Of a stretch of DNA of 64,000 nucleotides, positions 60,526 to 64,000 are shown in pieces. Source of the DNA: Candidatus Latescibacterota bacterium (GTDB lineage: Bacteria > Krumholzibacteriota > Krumholzibacteriia > WVZY01 > JAKEHA01); contig OY970173.1 of NCBI GenBank assembly GCA_963707635.1, forward strand, positions 1,184,001 to 1,248,000. The letters are read 5' to 3'. Each line of letters starts with the position of its first letter. Position 1 is the stretch's first letter. The notes beneath the pieces are model-generated. The model was not told the origin of the DNA. It made no database searches and saw nothing but the letters and a program-made list of their open reading frames with translations. The translations under genes were made by a program, and so were the position numbers.

Positions 60526-61296
60526 ATGACAACGTCCACCGCATCTCCACCGTCACCGGTGCGTCGCTTCGACGCGCGCGTGATGGCCGCCGCCACCGTC
60601 GCCGTGATCGTGGCTTCGATGACCACGCTCCGGAGCACCCCCGCCATGCTGGGGCTGCTGGGGTTTGTGTGCCTCGGGCACGTGTTCGTGACCCGCGACG
60701 TCGATGCCACCGCGAGACGCCTCGCCCGGATAGCGCCGTTCGCCCTCGTGATCGTGCTTGTCAATACTCTGCTGGTGCCCGGCGAGGCGTTGCTCGCCCT
60801 GGCGAGGCACCGGGTCGGGTCGCGCGAGGGGCTGGTGGACGGCATCTTCTTCGCGCTGCGTTTGGGCGTGATGCTGATGGCCGTTTCGGTCCTGCTCGCG
60901 GCGACCACACCCGAGGCCCTGGCGCGCGCGGCCTACGGCCTGGTGCGGCGTGCCTCGGAGCGGGCCGCGACGCAGGTGGCACTGTTCGTCTTTCTCGCGA
61001 TGGGGTTCGTGCCGCTCTTCGTCGATGAGTTCGAGCGAATCCGCGTCGCGCAGGCATTCCGCGGCGGTGATTTCTCGGGCGGCATGCGACGGCGCGTGGG
61101 CGCGGTGCACGCGTGGCTCGTGCCGCTCCTGTTGTCGGCGATTCATCGCTCGGGGCAACTCGCGTTCGCAGTCGAACTGCGCGACGTGCGCCACCGACTG
61201 CCGCGGACGATCGACCCTCCGCGGGCGCGCGCGCTGGACGTCGCCGTACTCGTTGTCACCGCGGCCGTGATCGTCGCCGCATCGATGGCCCGGTGA
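60526..61296 (+). CDS. ecfT: energy-coupling factor transporter T component (CbiQ/EcfT family)
   Basis: FDARV N-terminus, TTPE, FVPLF.DE...AQAFRG and AVELR motifs. Confidence 0.8.
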   Translation: MTTSTASPPSPVRRFDARVMAAATVAVIVASMTTLRSTPAMLGLLGFVCLGHVFVTRDVDATARRLARIAPFALVIVLVNTLLVPGEALLALARHRVGSREGLVDGIFFALRLGVMLMAVSVLLAATTPEALARAAYGLVRRASERAATQVALFVFLAMGFVPLFVDEFERIRVAQAFRGGDFSGGMRRRVGAVHAWLVPLLLSAIHRSGQLAFAVELRDVRHRLPRTIDPPRARALDVAVLVVTAAVIVAASMAR

Positions 61297-62030
61297 AACG
61301 CGTGCGCAACCTGCGCCTGCTTCTCGAATACGACGGCACCGAATTCTGCGGCTGGCAGAAACAGCCGGGGGCGCGAACCGTGCAGGGAACCGTCGAGGAG
61401 GCGGTGACGACGGTGGTCCGCCACCCGACGATCGTGTGGGGATGCGCCCGAACCGACGCCGGCGTGCACGCGCTCGGCTATGTCGCGCACTTCCACACCG
61501 AGAGCGACTTCTCGGTCGAACGTCTCACCGCGGCGCTAAACGGCGTGCTCCCGGAGGACGTCGTGGTGCGACGCGTGGACGAAGCCGCCGCCGGCTTCCA
61601 CGCCCGCTTCGACGCGGTGGCGCGCCGGTATCAGTACCGGATCGCCACCGAGCCGACCGCCGTGTGGCGGCGCTTCGCGTACCGCAGCCGCCACCGGCTC
61701 GACCTCGACGCCATGGCGGCCGGCGCGGCGCCGCTCGTCGGCGAGCACGACTTCACCGGCTTCACCGCGGTCACCAATGACTCCCAGCCGGTGTGCCGGC
61801 TGCTGGGCGCGGCCGTGGCAGCGGAGGGCCCGTTCATTCTCATCACCGTGGAGGCCAACCGCTTCCTCTATCACATGGTGCGCGTGATCGCCGGCACCCT
61901 GATGGAAGTGGGCCGCGGCCGCATGCGGCCGGAACAGGTGGGCGTCGCGCTGCGTACAAAGGATCGTCGGGCGGCCGGGCCGACGGCGCCGGCGCACGGG
62001 CTGACGCTGCTCTCGGTTCGCTACGAGTAG
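61293..62030 (+). CDS. truA: tRNA pseudouridine(38-40) synthase
   Basis: EYDGT.F.GWQ.Q, RTDAGVHA, FHARF, GEHDF, FLYHMVR and TAPAHGL motifs. Confidence 0.96.
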   Translation: MKRVRNLRLLLEYDGTEFCGWQKQPGARTVQGTVEEAVTTVVRHPTIVWGCARTDAGVHALGYVAHFHTESDFSVERLTAALNGVLPEDVVVRRVDEAAAGFHARFDAVARRYQYRIATEPTAVWRRFAYRSRHRLDLDAMAAGAAPLVGEHDFTGFTAVTNDSQPVCRLLGAAVAAEGPFILITVEANRFLYHMVRVIAGTLMEVGRGRMRPEQVGVALRTKDRRAAGPTAPAHGLTLLSVRYE

Positions 62031-62115
62031 GGGGATGCCGGGCCCGCGGACTCCGTGCTACTATGGAGGCGAGTCGCACGAACCGGCCTTCCGGCCCGAA
62101 AGGATCAAGTCGGCC

Positions 62116-62784
62116 ATGAAGATCTTTCTCGATACCGCGAACCTCGACGAGATCCGCGAAGGCGCCGCGCTGGGCGTCGTGGACGGCGTCACCACCAATC
62201 CGTCGCTGATGGTGCGAGAGGACGGCGACTACAAGGACATGCTCAAGGAAATCTGCGACATCGTGCGCGGTCCCGTGAGCGCGGAGGTCGTGGCCGAGGA
62301 CTGCGATGAGATGGTCCGCCAGGGCCGCGATTTTGCGCGCTTGAGCGAACACATCGTGGTGAAGATTCCACTGGTTCCGGAAGGAATCAAGGCGGTGCGC
62401 AAGCTCACCGCCGAGGACATCAAGACCAACGTCACCCTCTGCTTCTCCGCGAATCAGGGTTTGGTGGCGGCGAAGGCGGGTGCTACCTACATCAGCCCGT
62501 TCGTCGGGCGGCTCGACGACGCGGGGATGGACGGGATGCAGGTGGTCGCGGACCTGGTCGACATATACGAGCGCTACGCCTACGCCACCCAGGTGCTCGC
62601 GGCGAGCATTCGCCACCCCATGCACGTGATTCAGGCGGCCAAGCTCGGCGCCGACGTCTCCACCATGCCGTACAAGATCTTTCAGCAACTCTTCAAGCAC
62701 CCGCTCACCGACGTCGGGATCGAATTGTTCAATCGAGACTGGGCGAAGGTGATGGAGAAACGTAAGGCGCATGTACGACGATGA
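62116..62784 (+). CDS. tal: transaldolase (FSA/TalC family)
   Basis: FLDTA, GVTTNPSL, VSAEV, VVKIP and YISPFVGR (Glu/Phe pattern of transaldolases). Confidence 0.92.
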   Translation: MKIFLDTANLDEIREGAALGVVDGVTTNPSLMVREDGDYKDMLKEICDIVRGPVSAEVVAEDCDEMVRQGRDFARLSEHIVVKIPLVPEGIKAVRKLTAEDIKTNVTLCFSANQGLVAAKAGATYISPFVGRLDDAGMDGMQVVADLVDIYERYAYATQVLAASIRHPMHVIQAAKLGADVSTMPYKIFQQLFKHPLTDVGIELFNRDWAKVMEKRKAHVRR

Positions 62785-63985
62785 CGTAGTTACGCCCAGG
62801 TCGCGCGCGCGCGTGACGCCGCTCGTGTTCGGGGGGTTGACCGGCGCGTCCATCGCGCTGGTGATTCTCGCGGTGATCCTGCTGAACCGGAATTCCGCCG
62901 TCACGACCGGGACCTCGCCGGACGGTGGGGCGGGGATGCCCGTCTATCGGACGGCGAACACGCAGTCGGCGGGGGATATCGACGACACCCGCCGCAACGC
63001 CATCGTGCAGGCCACCGAGCAGGTCGCACCCGCGGTGGTCACCATCACCGCCACCAGCACGCAGCGCACGCGCCCCGTCTACGACTGGTTCTGGAACCGG
63101 TACTATCCGGGACGCGAGTTCCAGCAGTCGAGCCAGGGCTCCGGCTTCATCATCGACAAGTCCGGCTACGCGTTCACCAACTACCACGTGGTGCAGGACG
63201 CCTCGCGCCTGCAGGTGACGCTCTGGAACGGGAGCGATTTTCCGGCCAAGCTCATCGGGACCGCGCCCAGCTACGACCTGGCGCTCATCAAGATCGAGGG
63301 CCAGGAGTTCCAGGCGGCGCCGCTCGGCGACTCCGACGACCTCATGATCGGCGAGTGGGCCATCGCGATCGGGAGTCCGTTCGGAACCTACCTGGCCGAC
63401 ACCCAGCCGACCGTCACGGTGGGCGTCATCAGCGCCATCCACCGCGACATCCGTCAGGAAGAAGGCAGCGCGCAGATCTTCAACGACATGATCCAGACCG
63501 ACGCGGCCATCAATCCCGGCAACAGCGGAGGGCCGCTGGTCAACTCGCGGGGTGAGGTGATCGGGATCAACACCATCATATTCTCCGGCGGCACCGGCGC
63601 CAACATCGGCATGGGCTTCGCGATACCGGTCAACCGCGCGCGCCGCGTGTTCGACGAAATCGTCAAGCACGGGCGCGTGCGCGACGTGTGGCTCGGCATG
63701 ACGGCGGCGTCGATCAACCGGCAGCTGCAGAGCGCGCTCGACCTGCCGAGCGCGAACGGCGTGCTGGTGCAGAGCGTCGAAGAGGGCGGCCCCGCCGCGA
63801 AGGCCGGCATCAAGCCCGGCGACCAGATCATCGCCATCAACGGCGTGGCGGTGGAAAGCCGCGAGCAGGCGAATCGGATGATCTTCGGGTCGGGCGTGGG
63901 CGAAACGCTCGAGATGACCATCAATCGCAAGGATAACCTGGTGAAGATCAAGATCACGCTCGAAGAGCGGCCCGGGAACATCTGA
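62771..63985 (+). CDS. htrA: HtrA/DegP-family serine protease with one PDZ domain
   Basis: N-terminal TM; GSGF, TNYHV, DLA and QTDAAINPGNSGGPL motifs; PDZ. Confidence 0.93.
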   Translation: MYDDDVVTPRSRARVTPLVFGGLTGASIALVILAVILLNRNSAVTTGTSPDGGAGMPVYRTANTQSAGDIDDTRRNAIVQATEQVAPAVVTITATSTQRTRPVYDWFWNRYYPGREFQQSSQGSGFIIDKSGYAFTNYHVVQDASRLQVTLWNGSDFPAKLIGTAPSYDLALIKIEGQEFQAAPLGDSDDLMIGEWAIAIGSPFGTYLADTQPTVTVGVISAIHRDIRQEEGSAQIFNDMIQTDAAINPGNSGGPLVNSRGEVIGINTIIFSGGTGANIGMGFAIPVNRARRVFDEIVKHGRVRDVWLGMTAASINRQLQSALDLPSANGVLVQSVEEGGPAAKAGIKPGDQIIAINGVAVESREQANRMIFGSGVGETLEMTINRKDNLVKIKITLEERPGNI

Positions 63986-64000
63986 CCCGGGGCTGCTTGA

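Overview
High-GC bacterial chromosomal window, apparently from a diderm FCB-group lineage (inference: Ca. Krumholzibacteriota/Eisenbacteria/Latescibacterota-like, based on secreted proteins ending in a ...SWGAVKALY tail, lnt, Omp85-type barrels and sigma54 activators). About 45 genes. No rRNA, tRNA, CRISPR array or transposase was seen. In order: korAB; four tandem secreted paralogues (A-B-A'-B') sharing a C-terminal VSTExx[ST]WGAVKA[LI]Y[RK] tail and two conserved ~280-nt leaders; an AT-richer ~4.2-kb glycosylation cassette sitting inside a broken FemAB-type GNAT gene; ino1-LysR-suhB-GT-C; two OMP beta-barrels; an RND pump; a spermidine-synthase-like protein, MATE and SDR; a sigma54-promoter-preceded repeat lipoprotein; a candidate ~205-nt sRNA divergent from a second LysR; an Mre11/Rad50-like pair; several HEXXH peptidases; two sigma54 activators, each behind a -24/-12 promoter; lnt, panD, an AlaX-like editing protein, ecfT, truA, tal and htrA. 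Three copies of a ~100/200-bp palindromic intergenic element are present. Nine reading-frame breaks are all +1 insertions, most likely sequencing errors. All family calls come from motifs read by eye; no database searches were run.
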